From the NCBI RefSeq assembly GCF_902652985.1, contig NW_022979575.1:1-64000 (forward strand): 64,000 nucleotides of DNA, given 5' to 3'. Source of the DNA: Pecten maximus. Lineage: Eukaryota. The notes below the pieces were generated by a model. It did not search any database, was not told where the DNA came from, and saw nothing but the letters and a program-made list of their open reading frames with translations. The translations under genes and the position numbers were made by a program. Positions 25,101 to 37,989 of the stretch are shown here, in pieces; positions within the stretch are counted from its first letter, which is position 1, and each line of letters begins with the position of its first letter.

Positions 25101-28100
25101 TCAATTCTATATTAATACGTCTAACTCAAGTAGCTTAAACAATGCATTAAGTTATCATATGTGCGTAAATTACATGTAAAAGGAGCAGCACAAACCGGCC
25201 CGCACATTTAAGAAAAAAAGGTTTCAGCAGTTTAATTAACAGTGATCCATGCCTGCGGCAAGGATATATAACTAACACGTCAAGGTACCCGAGGTTCGCA
25301 CGGCGCCACAGGACACAGGTGGTACATGTGTATAACCATCGGTAAATGGGGCGTGCGAACAAATTGATCAGCACCGTACGTAACTTTGTCGTAAAAAATG
25401 CATCATATGCACACGTCCAATCGAAGTCAAATTTGGCATGGTTATGGGTTAGATGTTCATCTGTATGAAACAGAAAAAAAAAATTAAAAATATCACTTAA
25501 CGAATTGCGGGGCGTGTAAAATCACTCGCAGGACACTCATTCCTCACAGGACACTCGCGTGTGTAGTGCACCGTAACTTCGCCGATAGATTTGCATATAT
25601 TTGCATTATATGCCCTTGTCCAATCATAGTCAAATTTTGCGTGCTAATATGTTCTATGTTCATCTGTATGCTAGAGAAAAAATAATTTTAAAATGTCTAT
25701 TAATGAATCGCGGGGCGTGAAAAAACTCTCACAGGACACTCATTCCTCACAGGACGCTCACATGTGTAATGCATCGTAACTTTGCCGGTACATTAGCATA
25801 ATATGCACTCGTTCAATCAAAGTCAAATTTGGCAAATTAATCGGTTAGATGTTTATCTGTATGATACAGAAAAAAATATTCGAAAATGTCACTTAAAGAA
25901 TTGCGGGGCGTGAAAAAACCTACAGGACACTCGCATGTGCGCTGCACCGTAACTTTGTCGTAAAAAATGCATAATATGCACACGCCCAATCAAAGTGAAA
26001 TTTGGCATGGTAATGGGTTCGACGTTCATCTGTATGATACAGTAAAAATTATTTAAAAATATTACTTAACGAATTGCGGGGCGTGAAAAAAGTCTCACAG
26101 GACACTCATTCCCCACAGGTCACTCATTAGGTGGACCGTGCCACTTAAGTAAATTTGAAACCGAAAAGGCAGTATGTTGTTGCTGTTAGTCCACAGACTA
26201 CAGACTGAGTGTGCGCTGGGCTGTAATCACTGGTTGACATCGAAATGTGTCGCGTTATGACTTCTAGCTACCCTTATAAGTAATAACAGGCCTGTATGTT
26301 ATAGGCCTAATGTTAGCTTTATAGGCTAAGATCTGACGGGGTTCCAGAGTGGGTAAACATTTAACGTATATTACAAACAACGATTTGTAGATTATGTATA
26401 TATCTATCAGTGTACAGTACTGATTTCATCCACAATCGTGTATCATGTGTATATGATTATTCATTTCATTTGTGTTTACCATAATTACTGACATGATTTA
26501 GAAAAAAAAATTATATATGCACAGGATATCAATGTAAATTTAAGGGGTGGGTGGTGGTATGTGTACATGGGTCATTTCTCAGTTTTGGAGATAATTAAAA
26601 CACTAGAACAATTTTGATTGTGAACACTCTGACTCTGCAAATGTACAGGGAAAGTGTTGCATAAATTTGGGCAGAGAGAAATAATTCTTCTTATTCATGA
26701 AGTAGCAGTAATTATTATAAATTGGAAATCAAAATTTATTAATTGAATTTTCTTTTTTAATAGGTGAGAAGAGCAGTGACAAACACAGTCCTGATTATGT
26801 CCCTTCTGTGAACATGGGTTATAAAGTTTCTCAAGTGAGAGGAGATCTCCGCTTTGCCAGACACAAAAGGGTTGATAATAGGACAGCTGAGAAGGAGAAG
26901 CGAGATGTAGCTGCTGCTCTGTTAGATTTGTCAAACAAAGAAAATGCACCTGAACCTGAAGGTATTGATATTTTTTCAAATAATGTTAAGTACATAGTTG
27001 AAATATCACTGACATGATTTAGAACAGGTAAAATAATGACTTGGTTGATTTGTTATTTTAACAAAGTCCACAGACAATTTGTCTACAGAAAATTGAAATC
27101 CCATAGCCCAAATCATTTTTCTATAGACCCATTTTGTAAACATAATGTTGAAAGTAGCATAACTGTCACGCAAACACTTGCATCATCCAGTTCATACTCA
27201 CTTAATTTTTTTTCAGATTTTCTATAGTCTCTGACTATTGGACCACCTTTACTTTCAAACACAAATTTCATTAATTATATGAACTTACTTATAAAGTAAT
27301 GACTAAAATAAAACCTTTGAAATGACAAATGAATTTGATTTTACATGATGCACACACATATATCAGGGTGGATGAATTATGTACTCACTGTTTTTAATAA
27401 ATTCAATTTCAGAACCTCAGCCATATGTTGACTGCCATGAGACATGTATAAAGAAAATAGCAGATCTTCGCATCGAAAATCAGCAACTTCATGGTGAACT
27501 TGCTAGGCTTCAAGCTGAAAATGAAGAGCTGCTAAAGAGAACTTCCACTATGGATTTTGCAGACCAAGTGCTAATGACAGACCGGAAAACTTCATTTTAC
27601 ACTGGGACATCTTCAGCTGTGTTTATGTGGTTACTCTCATTCTGTTCTTGTATTCTGCCCACATGTAAAGTTTTGACTCCAAAGAGCATACTTTTGTGTT
27701 TACTAATGAAGTTGAGACTTAATCTTCAGCACCAAGATTTGGCCTACCGCTTTAATGTGTCCGTCACCACAATATCGGAAGTAATGAACCAAGGCCTGCC
27801 AAAACTTGCAGAAAAATTTGCTTTCCTAATTCAATGGCCAGACAAAGAGAGTTTGATAAGGAGCATGCCAAGTGTATTTAAGAAAATCTATCCGAAATGT
27901 GTCAGTATCATTGATTGCTTTGAAGTGTTCATCCAGAGGCCTGGACAGTTAACAGCTCGATGCCAAACATGGTCAAACTATAAACATAATAACACCGTGA
28001 AATTTCTAGTCTCAATAGCGCCTACTGGTGCTATCACATATGTGTCTAAAGCCTATGGTGGAAGGACATCTAACAAAGTTATCACCCAGAGAAGTGGATA

Positions 28101-28413
28101 TTTAGACAAACTTGTGCATGGGGATCAAGTATTGGCAGACAGAGGATTTTTAATCTCGGAAGATGTAACAAGTCGCAATGCCTCACTGGTTATTCCTGCT
28201 TTCACCAAAGGGAAATCACAGTTAAGTGCTAAGGAGGTTGAACAAACACGCAAAATTGCTCATGTGCGCATTCATGTTGAACGGGCAATAGGGAGACTAA
28301 AAAATTACAATATTCTGAGCAGTTCATTGAGTATGCACATGGTTCCTCACATTGACAGCATTGTAACTATATGTTCATCTCTTTGTAATTTGCAACCAAA
28401 GCTAGTTACATAG
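22132..28413 (+). CDS. THAP-domain DDE transposase (DDE_Tnp_4, ISL2EU type), 3 exons, 464 aa
   Basis: Exons 22132-22327, 26764-26961 and 27413-28413 with GT-AG introns and matching phases (1395 nt). THAP C2CH finger (CWVINC..RIP..W..VCYLHF..DYVPSV), coiled coil, HTH (DLAYRFNVSVTTIS), catalytic IIDCFE / ADRGF / HVERAIG. Confidence 0.92.
22391..26138. mobile_element. Foldback-type non-autonomous element (Merlin-like, 8-bp TSD) in transposase intron 1
   Basis: Absent from copy 2, whose empty site reads tacatgccacttaag at ~52780. TSD TGCCACTT. Ends GGGTGTGCCTAATGAGTG / CACTCATTAGGTGGACCG. ~170-200-bp modules are arrayed in opposite orientation in the two arms. Confidence 0.85.
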
Positions 28414-29240
28414 TGTATATATGTGCATGTGGCCTTTTACCTTTGATGAATGTTATTGTATAGAGGCATGTACATAGCCTTCAATTTGGACTGAATTATT
28501 CCAGATAGATACATGTAAAATGCAACAGAACATTGACCAATATATATGTTTGCTCTCATGTAAAAGATTTTTTTGTGCATGTGATGTGAATTAAATTTGA
28601 TTAATTTAAAATTCTTGTTGTTGTTTTCTTTCTAAGGTATGTATATCTACAATACATGTTATACTGTTAAATATATGATTCTTAAGAGTATACATACATA
28701 AAACATTAAAAAAAAATGCCTTTGTCTGCTAACCTGATCAACCCCTATTTTTGAGCAAACAATTTTAATATTCCAGGAATGATCTGAAGTCAAAATTTAA
28801 TGTATATAATATATTCAGTATTTGAATTGAATATTAACGTAGAAATATATGGGGAAGGCTAGCGGAAAACCATGCATTTTTTTTTTAACAATTATCAATG
28901 TATGAAAAATATAACAGAAACCACAGTATGCTGCTCCAATATATTTTTATTTGTATTTTCCCTAATAATTATATGAACATGGTCATATGTGTATCCAAAC
29001 ATTACTGTATTTCTAATTCACAAATCATTATAATTATGATCCGACTCATGATACAGTATTATCAAAATGAACATTATGAATCAAGAATTGATGACAGACT
29101 TGTATTCACTACAAGGTAAACTATTTTGCAGCATAATATATTTCAATTTCACACTTTCAATTTAATAACTTGTTACTAAGAGTTCAATATTCAGTTCACA
29201 TTCAAGCCTATGATTTAAAGCTCCACACAGTTCTGAAACT

Positions 29241-31664
29241 TTAACTGTCACATGATGTACAGAACCATTTCCCTCTTGGCTTTCTACGAATATTTACACA
29301 TTTGTAGTGGAACCACTGGTAGGGACAGTCATTACTGTCACACTTGATCATCCTCCCGTATTCTGGTTCAGAACATAAACACCAGGTGTCTTCGTTGTTG
29401 AGAGGAGTATCAGCTGTAGCACGTGAAATCACGCTTTCCAGTTGGCGGGTTATCAGTTCCTGTTGAACATGCTTTTTCATGAACAGTTCACATTTTCCCA
29501 CAACATTCTTACAAAAGTTAATGTCAATCGGAACACGCACAATAACCATGCTTGGCGCAGGTTTACACTTTGTGTACACCACAAAATCACAATATGTGTA
29601 ACCACAAATAGCCATTTGAAATTGGACTTGTGTATAATACCTGTGTGTTGTTTTCAGGTGCAGGCTGGAATCCAGGCAAAAGTCTTTGTCAGTTGCAGCA
29701 GCAGTCTGCACAGTAGAGTTCCTGTGTTTGAATGGGCACTTGATTTCCAGTGTTCCCTTTCCACAACACTGACAGTTAATAATTCCATCAGGACTGGCTC
29801 CGAGAAATGGGTGTTTATGATTGATGTTAAATCCCGACTCCTCACAGTGGAATTCAATGTGTTGATGAGCAGAGTGTTTGGTGTACAAAAGTCTGCACTC
29901 GTCTTCATTTTCTATACCCCATCTCACGGAGTCTTTTTTGGAAAGATCATACGTTGAGTATCCCATGATTCTCTTAACCAGGTTGTCTGGGGATGTGGTG
30001 TCCTTTCTTACTAGAACATCATGTGCCTTGGATGCAGTTATCCTGCCCATCCTATGTTGGTACCACAAAGGGCTAACTGCCTGGTTCCTGGTGGCCTTCT
30101 CTAGGTTATGACATTGAGCCTCTGTCACCACATATTCAAACAATGTCTTTTTGCTCTCCTCACTAGTTGAGTCACTGATTGTTGTCAATAGCACCGGGTA
30201 TTTTTCCTTTGTCGTGACGTTCTGTTCAATCAGATGCATGTCAGAATCATTGTCATTAACATCAGCAATAGTGACACATGTGAAAAAAGCAGCATTAGGA
30301 ACTATGGAATACAAGTCCTGTAGGTCATGTTTTGGTGGTAGTGGGGCTGATCCATTTGCCTGAACAGACTGTATTTCCCTGGTTCGCTTACCCTCGATGT
30401 CATCAAATATTTCGGATATCGTTGCGGGTTTAATCTAAAAAAACATTACAAATGTGTAAGATTCCTGGTTTTGATATAGCTGACAAGAAAGATTATACCA
30501 CAAGCCATATATATGGATATTTAATGAGCAGTGATCATGACTTAATCAAAATCGTCACTGACATAACATATATCATGTTTTCAGGCTGTTATAAATGCAT
30601 AAAGAGTTCATTATTGAACTTGGATAAAGGCTCTATATTACAATGATATTAGCACATTTATAGACTGCATTTTTATGGAAAGATGTGTTCTTATAATACT
30701 TACTTCCTTTCGAAAAGAGGTGTTCCACTGACAAGCCTTGCTGGTCGAGCTTGTCTGAGTGACACCAATCTTGACACCAATTTCAATCTTAAATAGAAGT
30801 GCTCCAACATGACTGCACACTTCACCCAACCTGAAAAATGAAGAAATAAAATAAAATTAATATGTGAAATGCAATGTTTTATAATAAATAATTCAAAATC
30901 CCTGATTATGTTCAATATTTTTTCTAGTTCCGTCAGAGAGATCACCTAGTTTGCATGCTCCATACATGTTTTGATGGAGTTTAGTTTACTTCATTTCATT
31001 AAATTTATATGTTTTCCTCGTTGTAATGGAAGCTGTATGTAATTGATAAAGCATTTGCATTAGAGCTCAAATTATACAGATACAGAATCTTTATTTAAAA
31101 GTCGAGCATGTTTGACATGTTACACAAGCTGATAAGTTTTGAAGAGCTTGTATTCGACATGCAAATTTGAAATATGGAGTAACATAATGTATTAAATGAA
31201 AACATACCCTGCCATACATGTGCAATGAGCACAGTAAACTGTACCACTGGATTTCTGCAAGTAAACCCATGGTTCATGAGGCTTGTCTCTTGCATGTTGT
31301 GAAGGAGTCACCTTGGCCTTTAATGCAACAAAAGGACAGTCATCATCAATTGGATTTGAAATGACTACTTGCACGTGACCACTAACCACATACCTGAAAG
31401 AAAATAAAAACAAAAATCAGTTTATGAAAACAAGGTGTACACTAATCACAGGGGCATGTCTTGTTTTATATTACAAAAAATATTCAGAAATACCTATATA
31501 TATTGACAATATATATAGGTATTTCTGACTATTTTTTGTTATATAAAACTAGACATGCCCCTGTGCACTAATTAAGGTCTAAACAATAATATACATGTTT
31601 CTGGTAACATGACATGAAAATATATTGGGTAGGTAGAACCAAGATCTTATAGGTAGGTGATTTA

Positions 31665-31699
<35 letters not shown>

Positions 31700-32316
31700 C
31701 TGAAATCATATAGACAAGCAAGCAATCTTGACAATGATAGACAATGAGAGGGGGTGGGTAGGGTTCACGGAAACACCTGTAATTTTTAGGCCTTAGCTAA
31801 TCAGAATCAAAACGTCACATGTACAGTACAGCTATTTACTTCGCCCCGTTACATTTTTTCGCTGACATTTTGAATTTATCACGTGACTCCATTGTATAAA
31901 CACACCTGCAATGACATGCTACCTAGCCTAGACCTCGTTAGGTTGGAACAATATTATACTTCTTCCTGTAGATCTTATATAGAATTTATTATTTTTTATT
32001 CACTGAAAAACACTTTAACAGCATATTATGAAACTTACTTGTATGAATCAAGCGATTTGTATGCCTTCATCGACTCCTTCGTGTAATTCGACGGGGTGTC
32101 AATCAAATAAAGGTAGATGTCGCCAAAGGTAAGATCAGGCCACGTGTTGGGATTTGTTGACCACTTCTCACTGATTTTGTACGGATCTGGTAGAGTCTTT
32201 GTACCACTGTCATATTTAAGCTTTCTGCAATACCTTTCACGAGCTTCCGTTGAAAGGCTGATAGCGTAGTCAGACAGGTAAACAGAGAAATCGGAGTTAA
32301 CCTTGCCCTTGGCCAT
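29241..32316 (-). CDS. SWIM zinc finger + YqaJ/lambda-exonuclease-like nuclease + ING-type PHD finger protein, 4 exons, 594 aa
   Basis: Exons 32316-32039, 31393-31208, 30830-30704 and 30434-29241 (1785 nt, open). SWIM CTCMAGLGEVCSH. YqaJ motifs WYQHRMGRITAS, WGIENE, LGASPDG, LEIKCP, YYTQVQFQM. PHD WCLC..YGRMIKCD..C..WFHYKC..GKWFCTSC. Confidence 0.92.
31447..31565. mobile_element. 119-bp palindromic P-like MITE in intron 1 of the YqaJ gene (also at 59186-59304)
   Basis: Same family as 16322-16438. 7-bp TSD CACTAAT. Confidence 0.9.
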
Positions 32317-32436
32317 TGTTATAATGCGACACGCTTACCTGAGGCGTGTTCAGGATGGCGAGCGATCGCGCGAGCGCTCTCGTGATAATAAATCGGCGAT
32401 CCTGAACGGTAGTGTGCGCTCACGCATGTATTCAAA

Positions 32437-35400
32437 ATAGCGGCCTCCCGTGCTGTTGCACTACAATTTCTGTTAACGGAGTTCGAAACTCCACCACAGT
32501 ATGAGAGCGACGGTCTTTATAAAGAAGCCAGCAACATTATACCCGCTATTATTGCTTCTGGTACTTCGGGTGAGCCTCTTGGGACAACCAGAATAGAGGA
32601 TTATGTGGAGAAGACTGTTCCCCAGTACAGCGACCCTCTGTTCAAGGCACATTTTCGAATGACCAGAGCATCATTTGAGGTGAATAAAAATAACCACAAA
32701 GCACAGCCTGCACTCTATCGTCCAATCACAAATTACAACAAACCCATCAGAATCTAGGGGCGGGGCTTACCATCAGTCTATCAGTCACCACAATTGGCTG
32801 CGCCGTACATTAGATACATTGTACATTGGATAGTTTTGCTTGATATATCCCAGTCGCAAATGACGCTGACTAAATAATTGTTTTGTCGCGTTGTGATTTT
32901 AATTTTCGCTCTACTTTGTAAAATTGATGATGAATTTCATGATGTAAAATTATTAGAATGTCCAGAATTTCGTATCCAAAGAAAATTATTGCTTCATAAA
33001 TACTGTTGTGAACGAGTCAATATTTGGAAATTTTCTTCTGTAATTAATTGCCTAAATACAAGAAAGCTAATGTATTAACGATAAAGTATGGTCTCCTGAA
33101 AATGTGTAAATTTAAAACTATAATAAAGTTCTGTTCCTTACAGTTACGGTTAAAGTTTTCTTTCTGGATTTTCTTGCATTTACTCTCCCATTAATTCATT
33201 GACCGTGGATTTAAGTGTTTTTGAAATGTATGTATTCTGCACGTCAATCCCTAGGTTTAGTCCTACTCTATACCAGCGGATACCCATTTATAGTATTTAT
33301 ATTTATAGTATAGGCGTATACTTTACGAAATGTAAATATATGATCATCTTATCTAAATTAAAGTGCTAAAATATTTATGTGCAGCAACTGTTTACAACTA
33401 TCTAAACATCCCATATTTTAGCATGCTTAAAACAACGACAAAACAAATTATTCATCTACAAAGATATAGAAAATATAAGTGCTAGATCACAAATTTTCTC
33501 TGGCTTTCTTTTTATTCAAGAAAACAGTAGTCATTGAAGATAACAAAAATCAGGCTTCATATATATATACCAAAACATTTTCTTTGAAACGGAAGCAAAT
33601 GTCTCTAAGATAGGCCCACGTCCTCATTTTACGTGTCAAATTCAACAACGGATATCCTAAAAAATGAAAGAGGAAAACAAATCCTAATTTACATGAAGAG
33701 TTCATAACTATGAACACATGTCACACCATTAGGGTAATTGGAGATTATAATAAAGAATAGCATAAAGAATAGTATGTCGCACGTGAAAATGACATCCCTC
33801 CGTGTTCACATTACAAATCATGTTATATCCTAATTCACTAATTATCAACTAGTAGAATCCAAATAATTCGGGAGTTTTCACCGTTAAAAATTAACACAGT
33901 TCCTGGGAAGGTGAATGATATATAGAGGTTACACAACGAATGGTTGTTGGATATGGAATTCATTTCACACGAGTAGGTTATTTTTTAAAGTTACAAAAGA
34001 CACGAGCTTTAGCGAGTGTCATTTGTAACTTTTAAAAAATAACTTGCGAGTGTGAAATGAATTCCATATCCAACAATTACGAGTCGTGTAACCTCTTAAT
34101 ATCATTCACCTCCCCAGGAACTGTGTTAATTTTAAGGTGTACAAGTGACGGCCGGGACCCGATGTGACGTCATTCGATTAATGATGACGTCATAACAATT
34201 GCAGTTCGGGTCAAAGTTCGAATTCCTGACCAATCAAAATATCGGAAGGTCATATAAATAGAGGTTACACAACGAGTGGTTGTTGGATATGGAATTTATT
34301 TCACACGAGTAAGTTATTTTTTAAAAGTTACAAAAGACACGAGCTTTAGCGAGTGTTTTTTGCAACTTTTAAAAAATAACTTACGAGTGTGAAATAAATT
34401 CCATATCCAACAATTTCGAGTCGTGTGACCTGTTTCTACCACAATAATATCGGTTTGAATCAAAGGGAAACGTGGCCAAGTATAATTTCATGTATGCAAA
34501 TAAAGTGTACCGGTGACGTCCGGGACCCGGTGATGTGACGTCATTAGATTATTGATGACGTCAATAACAATTGCAGCTTGGGTCAAAGTTCACCGTGTTA
34601 GCCAATCGAAATGCGTACAGAGTTTATACCACGTGTGGTATAAACAGATTGTTAATCAACAGCTGTAATGATTAACTGATGGTCTGAGAGTTGAATAACA
34701 CAGGGTATTGTGGTAGAAAATATATTTATCCAACAGTTTATAAATGACCTGAGAGTGGAATAACAAAGGGTATTGTGGTAGATATATATATATACGTACC
34801 CGATTAACACTTGATTATCCTGCTAGGTTTACCTTACCTAAAGCCAAAGGAAATTTCCAGCGAACTTTAGAGTCTTGTTTAACAGCGTGACATTTAGCAG
34901 AGTGACACTTAACTGTCATTTGCGAACATAGTATCAGTTAACAGCTTCTCTGTATTTTGGCTCTTCAGCTTACGAACATGATCCTTTCCAATATTTTTTG
35001 TAAAAGTCTAGTCATTTTAACTCTAGATCTTCAGAGCGGTCTCAAGTTGATAGACAATCACTTTCACTTGGTGTTAATTAGATGGGTTAATTGGTAAACA
35101 CGACATTTTGATTGGTCGCTACGGATGCACAATGCTGCTTTTTCCGATTGAATGTAGCCGTGACCACGTGTACGTCACCTGTAGGCAGGATAATTACACG
35201 TTAGGGCATCTTGGATTTAATAGTGGATGGAGCTTAACGCTAGGCTTCACAATTCTTTACTAAAAGTAACTTGTTATACTGATGAATCACTGCAATTCGA
35301 TATCGGTTGATGGAAGTCCCGCCCCTACAGTTTGTACTTTTTTTGAAATTTTATCATTGGGTTCAAAATTGACGATCAATACTCAATAATTGAAACATCT

Positions 35401-35921
35401 TGAGTGGATTAATAACATTAACATGTAGAAATGCTGTTTCATCAATTCACTTAATTTATGAATACCAAAATATTGACCCGTTTTATACGTCCTCATACAC
35501 GATTTCATTAATGCTGATGAACCAAACAGTTTAAAGTAAAAAAATCAACTGAACTATAGCTGACAGTGCCTTAGGATAAACACACATAAACTCTCGTATT
35601 ATTACGTCACGTCATTGTCCAAATCATGACGTCACAATCGATTTCATACTGGCAAAACCAATGAAATCCATACAGAATACAACACTACGTCTGTCCGTCC
35701 TACAGGGACCTGGGATTTAATTACAGTGTACATTTATTTGGACATATCATAGTGTCTTTAGAATATTTCAAGACGTTTGGGAGGTCTAAACATTTTATAA
35801 TTTTTTTTTTTAATTGTTTAATTTTTCAAGATTTTTTTTCATAAATACAAAACATTTGAAACATATATGCACATACATTCTCACTCTTACACCCACAGTA
35901 ACTATACTCATGATTCAATAA

Positions 35922-35960
<39 letters not shown>

Positions 35961-36053
35961 ACATAATCAAACATCATCATCATCATATCAGCATCATCAT
36001 CTTCATCATCATCCTACTCCTCCTCCTCATCATCATCGGTTCATCACCACCAC

Positions 36054-36085
<32 letters not shown>

Positions 36086-37989
36086 CCATTCATTCATCAT
36101 CATCATCATCATCAAAAGAATCACACTTAATCATCATCATCTATCATGATATCATCATCCATACTTAAATCATTTTCATTTTTTTCATCACAATAAAACA
36201 TCATCATCCTTATCATCACACAAAAAACATCATCTTCATCACGATTATTTTAAGCTTGAACCACAAGCCTCACATCTACTTACATTATTACATATTAATT
36301 AACACACATATATAACCTAACCTAAATTTATACAGAGTGAGAAAGAAGCAGACAGACATACCATCACACAGACAAGACAGACAGATAGACACAGACAGAC
36401 GCACCATTACACAGACAGACACACACACACACAGACACCGACAGACACACACATAGACGCATCATCACACAACACAAAACGGACAGACGCACAGACAGAC
36501 GCATACTCGGACACACCATCACACATAGAACGCACACACACACACACAAAAATAAACACGACTGAAGCATGGGAGAAAATTTCTTTAAATGGTAAAAATA
36601 AAAAGTAATGGAAAGGAGCTAGAAACAGGCGATGTCAGTCTTTTATAATTTTTATAATTTGATAAAAATGTATACCTTTGCGTGTTATACATGTATGAAC
36701 AGAATGGACATTCATGAATATTCACGTAGAGGTATAATTTTAATCTGGACCTCCTTGATATCATAGGATAGGTCCAAATACATGTAGACTGTAACCAATT
36801 CCCATGTCTCAATTCTTGTACCCGCTATTTCTCAAAAAGTCATGCAGATCTCTCTCTCAAATTTCACGTGTAGGTTCTCCTTGACACAGGAACCTGCTAT
36901 AAATGATGAATAACATATATAGATCGATACAGTAGCATGTGAGCCATTCGACCTTCCTTAGTTTGTCGACTGATAATTATTTTTAAGACAATAGAAATTG
37001 TTTGTTACAAGTACACTAGTAGATATCCGTATGCAGCTTACATTATTTTTTATTTAACACTTTGTCTATTTCGTTTACAGGAGCTATTGGAGCTTGTAGG
37101 TCCACGTACTGAGGTGAAAACAATATCTTTGGAAAGAAGAACGTTAGCATGTGTGTGGTACCTCAGCAACCAGGAAACATTCAGAAGTATTGTAGACAGG
37201 TTTGGATTAAGTAAGGGATCCCTACATTATTTTTTGAGAAAATTCTGTAACATTATTACGAGCAATGAAATACTCCAGCAGTTGATCCGCTGGCCAAGTA
37301 GTGATTCGGAGTTCCAAAATATATCAGAAAACTTTACGCAGAGGGCAGGTTTCCCAAATGTAATTGGTGCACTAGATGGTACTTATATCCCTATATTAGG
37401 ACCAACTGCATTTCGCGAGTCCTATATCTGTAGGAAAGGCTTTCCTGCCCTTCACCTTCAGGCTGTTTGTGACACCGATTTGAAATTTTTGGATGTGTTT
37501 TGTGCCTATCCCGGATCTGTTCATGATTCAAGGGTGTTTAAAAACAGTCCTCTATATACGGAACTTCAGAACAACCCTGTTCCGCGACAATATCATTTGC
37601 TAGGAGATTCCGCATATGGCAATTCGGAAACTGTTTTGGTCCCCTTTAGGGACAACGGTCACCTCAACGCCGATGAGAAAAGGTATAACAATGCCCACAG
37701 TTCGACAAGAGTCGACATAGAACGCAGCTTCGGGCTACTGAAAGGAAAGTTCCGGAGATTAAGATACGTTGAGATGAAGAGGGTTGAGGACATACCAAGT
37801 TTGGTTGTGACGTGTTGTGGACTCCACAATTTTATTATTCAGAGGGAAAGATACACAGATGAAGACATAGACATGGATGCTGCTGATGGTGATGGTCCCC
37901 CTGGAACCTGCAGTGTAGCACGTGATACTGGCGCCGTGGATAAATCTGGACATGAAAAGAGGCTTCAGGTCATGCACAGTCTACAATAA
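32437..37989 (+). CDS. Harbinger (HARBI1-like) DDE transposase, 2 exons, ~383 aa; start codon appears mutated (ATA)
   Basis: Exon 1 32437-32679 ends FKAHFRMTRASFE|gt. Exon 2 37081-37989 is phase 0 and has GALDGTYIPI, YICRKG, PGSVHDSRV, LLGDSAY and DIERSFGLLKGKFR. Confidence 0.88.
33887..34432. repeat. Two related long hairpins (~33887-34132 and ~34260-34432) in the Harbinger intron
   Basis: gaggttacacaacga..gttggatatggaatt...cacgagctttagcgagtg...aattccatatccaac..gtcgtgtaacctc occurs twice. Confidence 0.8.
35921..36240. repeat. (CAT)n microsatellite / low-complexity tract
   Basis: Long runs of catcatcat. Confidence 0.95.
36348..36548. repeat. (CA)n/(CAGA)n microsatellite
   Basis: cagacagac and cacacac runs. 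Confidence 0.9.

Larger units (their letters stand above)
18533..32139. repeat. Segment duplicated at 46826-59859 (copy 1)
   Basis: Starts agcaaggatttcgacttagaac in both copies. Colinear near-identity continues to gtcgccaaaggtaagat, and the ORF track shows paired ORFs. Confidence 0.95.

Noticed and set aside
29241-29400. Host ING-family gene
   Set aside because: Only the PHD resembles ING. It is fused to YqaJ inside TIRs and has no ING N-terminal domain.
29442-30363. Plus-strand ORFs overlapping the YqaJ exon (and equivalents at 57181-57850, 37759, 61730, 62696)
   Set aside because: Antisense or alternate-frame shadows of real coding sequence.
29241-30434. Prophage or bacterial contamination suggested by the lambda-exonuclease domain
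   Set aside because: The gene has spliceosomal GT-AG introns and lies in a eukaryotic transposon.
35867-36570. Ser/His-rich and Cys/Val-rich ORFs
   Set aside because: Translations of (CAT)n and (CA)n microsatellites.
37081-37989. Domesticated host HARBI1 gene
   Set aside because: It is flanked by perfect TIRs and a TSD, has a Myb partner gene, and is nested in another transposon.
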